Source: Xanthobacteraceae bacterium (GTDB taxonomy: Bacteria; Pseudomonadota; Alphaproteobacteria; Rhizobiales; Xanthobacteraceae). Taken from it: 64,000 bases of DNA. The notes beneath the pieces are model-generated. The model did no database searches, was not told the origin of the DNA, and saw only the letters and a program-made list of their open reading frames with translations. The position numbers and the translations under genes were made by a program. Below, piece after piece: positions 9,056 to 18,772 of this stretch. The stretch lies in NCBI GenBank assembly GCA_039808365.1, contig JBDHSX010000002.1:21580-85579 (forward strand), in the 5' to 3' direction. Within the stretch, counting starts at the first letter, position 1, and each line of letters starts with the position of its first letter.

Positions 9056-9938
9056 CGCCACGCTGATCTGCCATCCCGCCAATCCGGCGCTCGACTCCAC
9101 CATCATCGACGGCGCGCGCGCCGTGCTGCCTGCCGCAGGTCCGGCGCGCTGGCTGTTCGACGAAGTAGCCGCCGATATTCCCTTTACCAGCGACGCGCCG
9201 GCCGCCGCCATCGCCGAACGGCTGCGCGCGGCGCGCGGCGATCTGCCGATCGACATCGTGGTGCAGCCTCAGGCCAACCGGCGCAAGAAACTTTTTCTCG
9301 CCGACATGGATTCCACCATGATCGGCCAGGAGTGCATCGATGAACTGGCCGATTTCGCCGGGCTGAAGGCACATGTCGCGGCCATCACCGAGCGCGCCAT
9401 GCGCGGCGAGATCGCCTTCGAGCCGGCTTTGCGCGAGCGCGTGGCGCTGTTGAGAGGGTTGCCCACGAGCGTCATCGATCAGGTGCTGAAGGAGCGCATC
9501 CGGCTGACGCCCGGGGGGCGCGAACTGGTCGGCACCATGCGCGCGACCGGCGCCTATACCTGCCTGGTGTCCGGAGGGTTCACCGCCTTCACCGCCAAGG
9601 TGGCGGCGATGATCGGCTTTCAGGAGAACCGCGCCAACACCTTGCTGGCCGAGGACGGCAAGCTGACAGGCGCCGTGGCCGAACCGATCCTGGGCCGCGA
9701 GGCCAAGCTTTCGACATTGCGTGAATTGCGCGAGGCGTTCGACCTCGACGGCGTCGATACGCTGGTGGTCGGCGACGGCGCCAACGATCTCGGCATGATC
9801 CAGGACGCCGGGCTCGGCGTCGCCTATCACGCCAAGCCGGCGGTCGCGGCCGCCGCGCACGCGCGGATCGATCACGGCGATCTCACCGCCCTGCTCTACG
9901 CCCAGGGTTTTGCACGCGACGAATTCGTCACCGTCTGA
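9042..9938 (+). CDS. serB: Phosphoserine phosphatase
   Basis: Starts at ATGATG ([18 protein letters not shown]). HAD motif I is LADMDSTMI and motif IV is [10 protein letters not shown], with an N-terminal ACT-like regulatory domain. Length is 298 aa. Confidence 0.9.
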   Translation: MMSLIATLICHPANPALDSTIIDGARAVLPAAGPARWLFDEVAADIPFTSDAPAAAIAERLRAARGDLPIDIVVQPQANRRKKLFLADMDSTMIGQECIDELADFAGLKAHVAAITERAMRGEIAFEPALRERVALLRGLPTSVIDQVLKERIRLTPGGRELVGTMRATGAYTCLVSGGFTAFTAKVAAMIGFQENRANTLLAEDGKLTGAVAEPILGREAKLSTLRELREAFDLDGVDTLVVGDGANDLGMIQDAGLGVAYHAKPAVAAAAHARIDHGDLTALLYAQGFARDEFVTV

Positions 9939-9947
9939 GGGCGAGCG

Positions 9948-10292
9948 ATGGACGTCACCATCTATCACAACCCGAAATGCAGCAATTCACGCGGCGCGCT
10001 GGAGTTGATCCGCGCCGCCGGCATCACGCCGACCGTCATCGAATATCTGGCGACGCCGCCGAGCCGCGCCGAACTCAAGGACCTGTTGCGGCGCGCCGGG
10101 CTGCCCCCGCGACAGGCGATCCGCGCCAAGGAAGCGCTTTATCGCGACCTCAATCTCGATGCCGCCGACGACGAAGCCCTGCTCGACGCGATGGCCGCGC
10201 ATCCGGTGCTGATCGAGCGCCCGCTGGTGGTGACGCCGAAGGGCGTGCGGCTCTGCCGCCCGCCCGAGCGGGTGCTGGATTTGTTGCCATAA
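9948..10292 (+). CDS. arsC: Arsenate reductase (glutaredoxin-coupled ArsC family)
   Basis: 114 aa, starting MDVTIYHNPKCSNSR with the catalytic Cys in the YHNPxCxxSR motif. It is colinear with R773-type ArsC through ...RPLVVTPKGVRLCRPPERVLDLL. Confidence 0.85.
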   Translation: MDVTIYHNPKCSNSRGALELIRAAGITPTVIEYLATPPSRAELKDLLRRAGLPPRQAIRAKEALYRDLNLDAADDEALLDAMAAHPVLIERPLVVTPKGVRLCRPPERVLDLLP

Positions 10293-10296
10293 TCGT

Positions 10297-10378
10297 CGTC
10301 ATTGCAAGCCAAACGACGCAATCCAAAGGGCCCAAGGAAGACTGGATTGCTTCGTCGCTGACGCTGCTCGCAATGACG
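10297..10378. repeat. Family-A palindromic extragenic repeat (CGTCATTGC...GCAATGACG)
   Basis: cgtcattgcaagccaaacgacgcaatcca...ctggattgcttcgtcgctgacgctgctcgcaatgacg. It lies between the convergent 3' ends of arsC and degP. Confidence 0.85.
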
Positions 10379-10399
10379 AGAAAGCGATGACGCGAAACG

Positions 10400-11911
10400 C
10401 TACTTCAGGCTGACCGCGACGAAGCGCAGGTCGCCTTCGCCATTGGAAACCAGCAGCAACACCGACTTCTTGCCGTCCTTCTTCAACTGATCGACGCGCT
10501 TCTTGACGTCGGCCGCGTTGGTCACCGCCTCCTGGGCGACTTCGACGATGACATCGCCGACGCCGAGACGCTTCTCCGCGGCGTCGGAGCCGTCGTCGAC
10601 GCCGGTGACCACGACGCCCTTGACGCTGTCCTTGATCTTGAAGCGGCCCCGCAGTTCCTTGCTGATGTCGGCAAGGTTGAGACCCAATGCCTTCTGCGCC
10701 GGCAGCTTTTCGACGGTGCCGCCGTCGGACTTGGCCGACGCCTGCACCGGCTGGGGAAGATCGTCGAGACGGCCGATGGTGACCGACTTGGTCTGCTCGG
10801 CGCCCTTGCGGATGATGGCGACGTCCACCGTCTTGCCGCTCGGGGTCTCGGCGACGACGCGCGACAGGTCCTTCGGCTCCTTGATGTCCTTGCCGTTGAA
10901 TTTGACGATGACGTCGCCCGGCTCGATGCCGGCGGGCTTGGCCGGCCCCTTGTCGTCGACGCCGGCCACCAGCGCGCCGCGCGCCGGCTTGATGTTGAGG
11001 CTTTCGGCGATCTCGTCGGTGACCTGCTGGATGCGCACCCCGAGCCAGCCGCGCCGCACTTCCTTGAACTCGCGCAACTGGTCGACCACCGCGGCCACCG
11101 TCTTCGACGGCACGGCGAAACCGATGCCGATCGAGCCGCCGGACGGCGAGATGATCGCGGTGTTGACGCCGACCACTTCGCCGTTGAGGTTGAACAGCGG
11201 GCCGCCGGAATTGCCGCGATTGATCGCGGCGTCGGTCTGGATGTAGCTGTCATAGGGGCCGGAATTGATGTCGCGGTTGCGCGCCGAGACGATGCCCGCC
11301 GTCACGGTGCCGCCCAGGCTGAAGGGATTGCCGATGGCGATCACCCATTCGCCGAGCCGCAGCGCGTCGGAATCGCCGAACTTCACTGCCGTCAGCGGCT
11401 TTTCCGGCTTGAACTTCAGAAGCGCGAGGTCGGTCTTCTTGTCGACGCCGACGATGTCGGCGCGCGCCTTGGAGCCGTCATTGAGAATGACGTTGATCTC
11501 GTCGGCGTCGGCGATGACGTGGTTGTTGGTGACGACATAGCCGTCGGGGCTGATGATGAAACCGGAGCCGAGCGAATTGACCTTGTGGGCGCGCGGGCTT
11601 GCGCCCTTGTCGCCGCCCGGCCCGCGCCGGTTCTTGAAGAAGTCCTCGAAAAATTCCTCGAACGGCGATCCCGGCGGCAGTTGCGGTATCGCCTGCCGGT
11701 TGCCGTCGCCCTTCGCCTGCACGTTCTGCGTGGTCGAGATGTTGACGACGGCGTCGATCACCTTCTCCGCGACGTCGGCGATCCCCTCCGGCCCGCGCGC
11801 CTGCGCCGGCACGCTCGCCGCAAGCGTCGCCACGCCGAGACCGACACCTAGACAGATCGCGGTCAGCCGTTGGCGGAACCGGCGACCCGGAGCTGGAACT
11901 GCATCGATCAT
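10400..11911 (-). CDS. degP: Periplasmic Do/DegP-family serine endoprotease with two PDZ domains
   Basis: 503 aa with a signal peptide (...ASVPAQA). Catalytic motifs are VVTNNHV (His) and RGNSGGPLFN (Ser). Two PDZ-like segments are present. An AGGAG SD precedes the ATG. Confidence 0.92.
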   Translation of the reverse strand: MIDAVPAPGRRFRQRLTAICLGVGLGVATLAASVPAQARGPEGIADVAEKVIDAVVNISTTQNVQAKGDGNRQAIPQLPPGSPFEEFFEDFFKNRRGPGGDKGASPRAHKVNSLGSGFIISPDGYVVTNNHVIADADEINVILNDGSKARADIVGVDKKTDLALLKFKPEKPLTAVKFGDSDALRLGEWVIAIGNPFSLGGTVTAGIVSARNRDINSGPYDSYIQTDAAINRGNSGGPLFNLNGEVVGVNTAIISPSGGSIGIGFAVPSKTVAAVVDQLREFKEVRRGWLGVRIQQVTDEIAESLNIKPARGALVAGVDDKGPAKPAGIEPGDVIVKFNGKDIKEPKDLSRVVAETPSGKTVDVAIIRKGAEQTKSVTIGRLDDLPQPVQASAKSDGGTVEKLPAQKALGLNLADISKELRGRFKIKDSVKGVVVTGVDDGSDAAEKRLGVGDVIVEVAQEAVTNAADVKKRVDQLKKDGKKSVLLLVSNGEGDLRFVAVSLK

Positions 11912-12092
11912 TGTCGCGATATCTCCTGAACCATCGGGACGACGTGAATCGGCCCTCTTGCTGGGCGCACTGTGCCTGAATGCGATCCCGGCGCAAGCGT
12001 CCCGAGGCTACCCAAGGATCAAGCCGCCGTTATCCCGCCGCCTATCAGCGGTGGGGATTGCGGCAAATTGACGGGTGACCCGCCCCGCCCGT

Positions 12093-12293
12093 CTACCAGC
12101 GGATCAGCCAGATCATCACCAGACCGAAAATGGCGGTCCCGATGCCGGTGAGCCGTAGAATGTGGTCCGGCGTGTGCAGCACGCTCTCCATGGCCCGCCG
12201 CATCCATCCGGGGGCGGCGGCGAATATCAGACCCTCGATCACGAGCAGCATCCCCACGCCGATGAGGAAGTCGGCGAACGCAATAGGCCTCAT
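12093..12293 (-). CDS. DUF2065-family small membrane protein (YjeT-like)
   Basis: 66 aa, MRPIAFADFLIGVGMLLVIEGLIFAAAPGWMRR...IFGLVMIWLIRW, with two TM helices. It occupies the conserved position downstream of hflC. A GGGGAGG SD lies upstream of this ATG. The ORF-track start at 12407 looks like an over-extension. Confidence 0.7.
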   Translation of the reverse strand: MRPIAFADFLIGVGMLLVIEGLIFAAAPGWMRRAMESVLHTPDHILRLTGIGTAIFGLVMIWLIRW

Positions 12294-12514
12294 CGGATGG
12301 CAACCTCCCCTCGCCTGCATTATCGTCCCGGCCGCGTCGCCGCCGGGCGCGAGGCGGGGCCGGAACGGCCAGGCCGCCCGGCGGCTCCGGCCGCTTCCCT
12401 CGGACAAATCACGGAGCGCGACTATAGAGCACGATCCGCGGGCGCTGGCACCGATTTTTGCCAGCGGCGAACCGCTTCCGCCTCACGCCGGATCGGCGCC
12501 CCCGCGAACGCGGA

Positions 12515-13444
12515 TTATTGGGCGTCCGGCTTGGCGCCGGCCGCGCTGTCCGCCCGCGGACCGCCATTCGGCGCCGTGCCCGAGGGGGTGCCGAAGAAGC
12601 GGAAGAAATCCGAATTGGGCTGCAACAGGAAGCGCGTTTCGTTGTGCTTGAGGCCGGTCTCGTAGGCCGACATCGAGCGATAGAACGAGAAGAACGCCGG
12701 ATCCTGATTATAGGCGTCCGCGAAGATCCGGTTGCGCTCGCCGTCGCCCTCGCCGCGGACCTTATCCGCCTGCGAATTGGCCTCCGCCACGATCACGGTG
12801 GCCTCGCGATCCGCCTTGGAGCGGATTTCCTGAGCCCGTTGTCCGCCCTGGGCGCGGAACTCGGCGGCCTCGCGCTGGCGCTCGGTCTGCATCCGCTGAT
12901 ACACCGCCTGGCTGTTCTGGTCCGGCAGGTCGGCGCGACGGATGCGGACGTCGACCACCCCGATGCCGTAGGCGTCGGCCTGCTTGTCGAGCTGGTCGCG
13001 GATCCGGCCCATCAACGCCTCCCGCTCGTCACGGACCACCTGGATGAAGGTAGCCTCGCCGAGCACGCGGCGCATGGCGGCGTTCAGCAGCGCCGTCAAT
13101 TGCAGGTTGGCGGCCGGAATGTTGCCGACGCTCTGATAGAAGCGCAGCGGGTTCTTGATGCGATAGCGCGCGAAGGCATCGACCACGAGCCGCTTCTGGT
13201 CGGAGGCGATGACTTCCTGCGACGGATTCTCCAGATCGAGAATGCGCTTGTCGATGCTGATGACCGAATCGACGAACGGCGCCTTGAAATGCAGCCCCGG
13301 CTCGGTGACCACGCGGACCGGCTCACCCAGCCGGACCAGCAGCACCTGCTCGGTCTCGCGCACGGTGAACAGCGAGCTGTAGCCGATCACCACCACGACG
13401 AGCAGCAACAGCAGCGCGACGATTCCTGAAACCCCGGCCTTCAT
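12515..13444 (-). CDS. hflC: Protease modulator HflC (SPFH/band-7)
   Basis: 309 aa with an N-terminal TM and an SPFH domain. It overlaps the hflK stop by 4 nt. Confidence 0.92.
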   Translation of the reverse strand: MKAGVSGIVALLLLLVVVVIGYSSLFTVRETEQVLLVRLGEPVRVVTEPGLHFKAPFVDSVISIDKRILDLENPSQEVIASDQKRLVVDAFARYRIKNPLRFYQSVGNIPAANLQLTALLNAAMRRVLGEATFIQVVRDEREALMGRIRDQLDKQADAYGIGVVDVRIRRADLPDQNSQAVYQRMQTERQREAAEFRAQGGQRAQEIRSKADREATVIVAEANSQADKVRGEGDGERNRIFADAYNQDPAFFSFYRSMSAYETGLKHNETRFLLQPNSDFFRFFGTPSGTAPNGGPRADSAAGAKPDAQ

Positions 13445-14598
13445 CGCGCGCTCCCGTTCGGCTTGTTGGGCTGAGTGGCCGCCGACGGCGGCGCGCCGCG
13501 ACGCGGCGATGACAATTCGCTGAGCGGCAGGTAGGGCACGATCCCCTGCCCGCGCGAGGCGCCGCCGTCATAGATCAGCTTGTCGGCACCGCCGAGCACG
13601 CGCTCCATGGTTTCCAGGTAGATGCGTTCCCGCGTCACGTCGGGCGCGAGCTTGTAGGCTTGATAGACTTGCAGGAAACGCGAGCTCTGGCCCCTGGCCT
13701 CGGCGATCGCCTGCTCCTTGTAGCCTTCGGCGTTTTGCAGGATCTGCGCGGCGCGGCCGCGCGCATCGGGAATCACGCGGTTGGCGTAGGTCTGCGCCTC
13801 GTTCTGCAAGCGTTCGAGGTCGGCGCGCGCCGCCTGCACGTCGCGGAACGAATCGATCACCTGCTGCGGCGGATCGACCTTCTGCATCTGCACCTGCTGG
13901 ATCAGGACGCCCGCGCCGTAGCTGTCGAGCGTCCGCTGCATCAATTGATGCACCGCGTTCTCGACGGTCGAGCGCGCCCCGGTGAGGATCGGCTGGATGT
14001 CCGAGCGGCCGATCACCTCGCGCATCGCGCTCTCGGCCACCGCCTTCACGGTGCCTTCGGCGTTCTGGATGTTGAACAGATATTTGCCGACGCCGTCAGG
14101 GGCGATCAGCCACAGCACGGTGAAATCGACATCGACGATGTTCTCGTCGCCGGTCAGCATCAGGCTCTCTTCGGGCACGTCGCGCATCACGCTGCCGCGC
14201 CGCGCCGGATCGCTCGACATCGTCATGCCGATATTCAACGTATTGACGCGCAGCGCCGTCGGCAGCAGCACGGTCTCGATCGGATACGGCAGATGGTAGT
14301 TCAGGCCGGGCTGCACCGTGCGGACATGCTTGCCGAAGCGCAGCACCACGCCGAGTTCGTTCGGCTGCACGCGGAAGAAACCCGACACGCCCCAGATCGC
14401 GAGGCCGGCGACGATGAGGAGGAGAATGCCCATGGCGCTCATGTGACCGCCGGGCAGGATCGATTGCAGGCGGTCCTGTCCGCGCCGCAACAGGTCCTCC
14501 AGATCAGGCGGCTTCGGTCCCGAGGATTGAGGACCGGAACCCCATGGCCCTTTCGGACCCGAGCCCCACGGTCCCCCGCCTTGATTCTTCCACGGCAT
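13441..14598 (-). CDS. hflK: Protease modulator HflK (SPFH/band-7)
   Basis: Start chosen at MPWKNQGGGPWGSGPKGPWG, with a GAGGAGG SD upstream. Has a Gly/Pro-rich N-terminus, a TM and an SPFH domain. Confidence 0.9.
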   Translation of the reverse strand: MPWKNQGGGPWGSGPKGPWGSGPQSSGPKPPDLEDLLRRGQDRLQSILPGGHMSAMGILLLIVAGLAIWGVSGFFRVQPNELGVVLRFGKHVRTVQPGLNYHLPYPIETVLLPTALRVNTLNIGMTMSSDPARRGSVMRDVPEESLMLTGDENIVDVDFTVLWLIAPDGVGKYLFNIQNAEGTVKAVAESAMREVIGRSDIQPILTGARSTVENAVHQLMQRTLDSYGAGVLIQQVQMQKVDPPQQVIDSFRDVQAARADLERLQNEAQTYANRVIPDARGRAAQILQNAEGYKEQAIAEARGQSSRFLQVYQAYKLAPDVTRERIYLETMERVLGGADKLIYDGGASRGQGIVPYLPLSELSSPRRGAPPSAATQPNKPNGSAR

Positions 14599-14815
14599 CG
14601 ACAACCTCCTCGGCGCTGGCCGGACTTCGGTTTCCGGCCCCAGCAATGAATTGCACGGCTTTATAGGGGACGCCCCCGGCCCTTACAACGCAGCTTGATT
14701 GCGGCGTGTCAGCGCGTTGCGCGGCCTACGCCCCGGCGGACGGGACGCTCTGCGGAACACTGTGCTGAGCTATGCTTCCGGCGACGATTGTCAATGCGGA
14801 AACCGCGCGAGCGGC

Positions 14816-15352
14816 TCAATCGCGGGCAGGCCGCCGATAGGTCACATAGGAGAAATCGGTACTGTCGTCGCCTGAGGCCGCGTGGCGCTCCCGCGCCGTT
14901 TCCCGCCAGATCGCCGGATCGATGGCGGCGAATCGCGTGTCGCCCTCGGGCGCGGCGTGAACCTCGGTGATTTCCAGCCGGTCCGCGAGCGGCATCGCCT
15001 GCGCGTAGATCTCGGCGCCGCCGATCACCGCGATTTCAGTGACGAAACGCCGCAGCGCGTCACCCCGCGCGACCTCAAAGGCGCGAATCAGCGAATCCGT
15101 CGCCACCGCCCCGGCGGCCTGAAACGCCGGGTCGCGGGTGATCACGATGTTGGTGCGGCCCGGCAGCGGGCGGCGCAGCGACAGGAAGGTCTTGCGCCCC
15201 ATCACGATCGGCTTGCCCATCGTCATCCGCTTGAGGCGCTGCTGATCGGCTTTCAGCCGCCATGGAATGGCGTTATCGCGGCCGATCACGCCGTTCTCGG
15301 CCATCGCGACGAGCAGCACGATTTCAGGGTGCGCCGGCGTGAATCCGCTCAC
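14816..15352 (-). CDS. folA: Dihydrofolate reductase
   Basis: GTG start overlaps the thyA stop (GTGA). Reads [31 protein letters not shown]...GRKTF...VIGGAEIY, 178 aa. The ORF-track ORF extends upstream through thyA in another frame. Confidence 0.88.
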   Translation of the reverse strand: MSGFTPAHPEIVLLVAMAENGVIGRDNAIPWRLKADQQRLKRMTMGKPIVMGRKTFLSLRRPLPGRTNIVITRDPAFQAAGAVATDSLIRAFEVARGDALRRFVTEIAVIGGAEIYAQAMPLADRLEITEVHAAPEGDTRFAAIDPAIWRETARERHAASGDDSTDFSYVTYRRPARD

Positions 15353-16143
15353 ACCGCGACCTCGGCCTTGATGTGCGGATGCGGATCGTAGCCCGTCAGC
15401 GTGAAATCCTCGTAGCGGAAGGCGAAAATGTCCGTCACGTCGGGATTGAGCGTCATCGTCGGCAGCGCGCGCGGCGCGCGGGTCAGCTGCAATCGCGCCT
15501 GCTCCAGATGATTGGAGTAGAGATGCGCGTCGCCCAGGGTGTGAACGAACTCGCCCGGCTTGAGACCGGTGACCTGCGCCACCATCATGGTCAAGAGCGC
15601 ATAGGAGGCGATGTTGAACGGCACGCCGAGAAACACGTCCGCCGAGCGCTGATAAAGCTGGCACGACAGCTTGCCGTTCGCGACATAGAACTGGAACAGG
15701 CAATGGCACGGCGGCAGCGCCATCTTGTCGACCTCGGCCGGGTTCCAGGCCGAGACGATCAGCCGCCGCGAATCCGGATTGCGCCGGATCATGGCGACGA
15801 CGTTGGCGATCTGGTCGATGCTGCGGCCGTCGGGCGCGGGCCACGAGCGCCACTGCGAGCCGTAGACCGGCCCGAGGTCGCCGTTCGCGTCGGCCCACTC
15901 GTCCCAGATCGAGACGCCGTGGTCCTTGAGGTACTTGATGTTGGTGTCGCCCTTCAGGAACCAGAGCAACTCGTGGATGATCGACTTCAGCGACAGTTTC
16001 TTGGTCGTGAGCAGCGGAAACCCCGCGGCGAGATTGTAGCGCGACTGATGGCCGAACACCGACAGCGTGCCGGTGCCGGTGCGGTCGTGCTTTTCCACGC
16101 CGTCGGCGAGGATGCGTTCAAGCAGGTCCTGATACTGGTGCAT
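15349..16143 (-). CDS. thyA: Thymidylate synthase (ThyA type)
   Basis: 264 aa from [12 protein letters not shown]. Contains [12 protein letters not shown] and the catalytic Cys in [13 protein letters not shown], and ends HIKAEVAV. Confidence 0.96.
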   Translation of the reverse strand: MHQYQDLLERILADGVEKHDRTGTGTLSVFGHQSRYNLAAGFPLLTTKKLSLKSIIHELLWFLKGDTNIKYLKDHGVSIWDEWADANGDLGPVYGSQWRSWPAPDGRSIDQIANVVAMIRRNPDSRRLIVSAWNPAEVDKMALPPCHCLFQFYVANGKLSCQLYQRSADVFLGVPFNIASYALLTMMVAQVTGLKPGEFVHTLGDAHLYSNHLEQARLQLTRAPRALPTMTLNPDVTDIFAFRYEDFTLTGYDPHPHIKAEVAV

Positions 16144-16256
16144 GGGAGGTCCGTCTCGTTCCGCCCAATCTAGCGCCCGACGCCGGGCGACACGACCGCC
16201 GGCCGGGTAATATGCTGGGGACAATGTGCAGGTTCCGGCCAGCCGATCAACTTCCC

Positions 16257-16787
16257 TCAAATCCAGCCCAACAGCCCGAGCACGCCGCCGGCCACCAGGA
16301 GCCACACCGGGTTGAGCGAGGTCGCCGCCGCCAGCACCGCCGCGACCAGCGTCAGCGCCACGGCGGCGACGGAACCGTCGGCGGCAAAGGCCAGGATCAG
16401 GCCGCTCGCCGCCATCAGCCCGATCGAGAGCGGAACCAGCGCCGCCTGCACCAGCGCCGGCCATGGCGAATCGCCGGCGCGGTTGATGAGCCGGCTGACC
16501 GCGTAGGCCAGCGCCGCCGTCGGCACGCACATCGCCAGCGTCGCCACCAGCGCGCCGGCGATCCCGGCGACATGGAAGCCGACCAGCGTGACAATCAGCA
16601 CGTTGGGGCCGGGCGACAGTTGGGCGATGGCGAAGGCGTCGGCGAACTGCGCCTCCGTCATCCAGTGATTGAGCTCGACGGCGATGCGGTGGATTTCGGG
16701 GATGGCGGCGGCCGCGCCGCCGACCGCGAACAGCGACAGCCAGCCAAACGCCAGCGCGATGGTGAACAGCGTCCCGATGCCGGTCAT
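16257..16787 (-). CDS. chrA: Short-chain chromate-ion-transporter (CHR) family protein, second half of the pair
   Basis: Starts MTGIGTLF and overlaps the upstream stop (ATGA). Contains the CHR motif [15 protein letters not shown]. Length ~176 aa, multi-TM. Confidence 0.85.
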   Translation of the reverse strand: MTGIGTLFTIALAFGWLSLFAVGGAAAAIPEIHRIAVELNHWMTEAQFADAFAIAQLSPGPNVLIVTLVGFHVAGIAGALVATLAMCVPTAALAYAVSRLINRAGDSPWPALVQAALVPLSIGLMAASGLILAFAADGSVAAVALTLVAAVLAAATSLNPVWLLVAGGVLGLLGWI

Positions 16788-17383
16788 GCCGCGCGCCTCC
16801 GCCGCATCAGCCAGGTCGCGGCGATCGAGAGCGGGATCGTCGCCAGCAGCACCTGCGGCAGCGGCCAGCGCACCACGCCGACCGCGATGAAGACCGCGAC
16901 CAGCATGGCGAGCGCGACCGGCTCGCGCCGCTTCAACAGCGGCAGCATCATCCGCCAGGTCACCGCCAGGAGCAGCCCGACCGCCGCGCATGAGACGCCG
17001 TTCAGGACCCGCCGCAACGCCGGGACATCGCCGTAATGCGCATAAAGCAGCGCCAGCGTCGTCACGATCAGGAACGGCGGCGCCAGCAGTCCGGCAAAGG
17101 CCGCGATGCTGCCACTGAAGCCGCGAATCCGTGCGCCGAACACCACCGACAGGTTGACGATGTTGGGGCCGGGAAGGAAATGGCAGAGCGCGAAGGTTTC
17201 GTTGAACTCGTCGGCGGTCATCCAGCGGTGCCGGTCGACGATGGCGCGCCGCGCGAACACCAGCACGCCGCCGAAACCCGCCAGCGACATTTTCGCGAAC
17301 GCCAAGAACAACGCGAACCGGCCCGGCAGGGCCGGCGGCGGCGGATCGGGCGGGAGCCCGGCGGCGGGGGAATCGGGCGACAT
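16784..17383 (-). CDS. chrA: Short-chain chromate-ion-transporter (CHR) family protein, first half of the pair
   Basis: 199 aa with [11 protein letters not shown]...[15 protein letters not shown], a typical CHR domain. It is paired with the downstream paralogue. Confidence 0.85.
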   Translation of the reverse strand: MSPDSPAAGLPPDPPPPALPGRFALFLAFAKMSLAGFGGVLVFARRAIVDRHRWMTADEFNETFALCHFLPGPNIVNLSVVFGARIRGFSGSIAAFAGLLAPPFLIVTTLALLYAHYGDVPALRRVLNGVSCAAVGLLLAVTWRMMLPLLKRREPVALAMLVAVFIAVGVVRWPLPQVLLATIPLSIAATWLMRRRRAA

Positions 17384-17541
17384 CGGCGCGGAGACTTAAC
17401 GCCTTCGCGGATCGCCACCAAGCCGCGTTTTCGGCGGCCTCGCCTGCGCCGCGCGCGGGACCGCCGCCGCCTGCCCCATGACCCCACGGACAAACCGACG
17501 CGGGGCTTTCGCCCGGCCGCCCGGCCCCCTATATTGAGCAG

Positions 17542-17900
17542 GCCGGTTCGCCGGCTATGGAAATAAATGACCGTCGTAATAAACCATTCGGACCCGGGGG
17601 CAGCACCCGGCGCCTCCACCAAAATTCCCTCCGGAGCGGACCCGGAATTTCGGCGGGGGCGAAACAGGATCGACGAGGGCGTAAAGGGCGCGTTTTTTCT
17701 CGGTATGGTTCCGCCGTTATCGGGCTAATGCAATAGTTGCCAACGACAACTTTGCTCCGGTTGCTCAGGCTGCGTAACGCAGTTTGAAAGACCAAATCTA
17801 AAGTCCTGATGGGTTAAGCTCCGTCAGGCGGGGTTCGGAGGCACCTGGCAACAGAAGCCTCCACTCAACCTTGAAATTCGCCGATCCGGCTCCTTCTTAA
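17542..17900 (+). ncRNA. ssrA: Two-piece (circularly permuted) tmRNA precursor
   Basis: The acceptor piece ends CGCCTCC-A-CCA at 17611-17621. The coding piece starts GGGGGCGAAACAGGATCGACG at 17655, and GGGGGCG pairs with CGCCTCC including the G3:U wobble. The tag ORF GCC AAC GAC AAC TTT GCT CCG GTT GCT CAG GCT GCG TAA (17739-17777) encodes ANDNFAPVAQAA. A TATATT -10 box lies at about 17530. The outer ends are approximate. Confidence 0.85.
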
Positions 17901-18088
17901 TTATCCGTCCCGCCTGTCCGGCGGACGCTTCCGGGTGGCGGGCGCGTTCCGCCATAATGTTAATCTATCGAGTCACGCTGCCCTGCTGACCTGCGCCAAC
18001 GGCGGGAGTAGCATGGCTCAAGCAGCGAGTCGGGCGGCGGGGTGTCCGCGGGTCCGGTTGGCGCGCGGCAACCTCAAGAGAATGACCG

Positions 18089-18604
18089 ATGGCCACCGAT
18101 CACATCAGATACGACGTCCTGGCTCGCGACGCGCTGCGCGGCGTGCTGCGGCAGGTGCTGACGGACGCGGCCGAGCACGGCCTGCCCGGCGACCACCATT
18201 TCTATATCACCTTCCTCTCCAAGGCCGAGGGAGTGAAGTTGTCGCCCCGGCTGCTGGCGCAGTATCCGGAGGAGATGACCATCATCCTGCAACACCAGTT
18301 CTGGGATCTGGTGGTGACGCCGGACCGCTTCGAGGTCGGGCTGTCGTTCGGCGGCGTGCCGGAACGGCTGGTGATTCCGTTCAGCGCCATCAAGAGTTTC
18401 CTCGATCCGTCGGTGCAGTTCGGCTTGCAGTTCGAAACCGCTGACAGCGCAAGCGCCGCGCCGCCCGTCGCCGGTCAGCCCGAGGCGCCGGCGCCGATCG
18501 CCGCGCCGTCGACGCCCGCCGAGACGACGGCCGACGACAGCGACAAGCCGAAGCCGGGCGACGGCGCCGAGGTGGTCCGGCTCGATCGCTTCCGCAAGAA
18601 GTAA
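18089..18604 (+). CDS. sspB: SspB-family ClpXP adaptor (alphaproteobacterial SspB)
   Basis: 171 aa. GDHHFYITF and PEEMTIILQHQFWDL match the SspB-alpha fold region as I recall it from Caulobacter. An Ala/Pro-rich linker and a basic C-terminal tail (VVRLDRFRKK) resemble a ClpX-binding peptide. Confidence 0.75.
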   Translation: MATDHIRYDVLARDALRGVLRQVLTDAAEHGLPGDHHFYITFLSKAEGVKLSPRLLAQYPEEMTIILQHQFWDLVVTPDRFEVGLSFGGVPERLVIPFSAIKSFLDPSVQFGLQFETADSASAAPPVAGQPEAPAPIAAPSTPAETTADDSDKPKPGDGAEVVRLDRFRKK

Positions 18605-18772
18605 GCGCGCGGATTTCGAGGACTTCCAGATCTCCGATTGCGCCGCAATCGACGCGGCTTTGTCGCGTCGCGCCGCGTGATCTCGGAAGACGCGCGCCAT
18701 TGTCCGATGGCAAGGTGGCGCGAAACGCGTTATCCCAGTGCCGACCTTTCATTCCGGCATTGGACATCGATC

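Noticed and set aside
8108-9256. Long N-terminal extensions in the ORF track: miaA to 9256, thyA to 16530, murB to 54725, bamD to 46190, folA to 15898, fumC from 18638, the MFS gene to 26156
   Set aside because: The extensions are Arg/Ala/Gly-rich, overlap neighbouring genes, and precede internal starts that carry an SD, a signal peptide, or the canonical N-terminal motif at the expected distance. I trimmed them to the internal start.
16257-17383. chrA split into two ORFs, considered as a pseudogene or frameshift
   Set aside because: Each half is a complete CHR domain with its own start. The two are coupled by an ATGA overlap. Paired short-chain CHR genes are a known normal arrangement.
17542-18088. 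Genomic island or prophage integrated at ssrA
   Set aside because: There is no integrase, no duplicated ssrA 3' segment, and the next genes (sspB, fumC) are core housekeeping genes with host-like composition.
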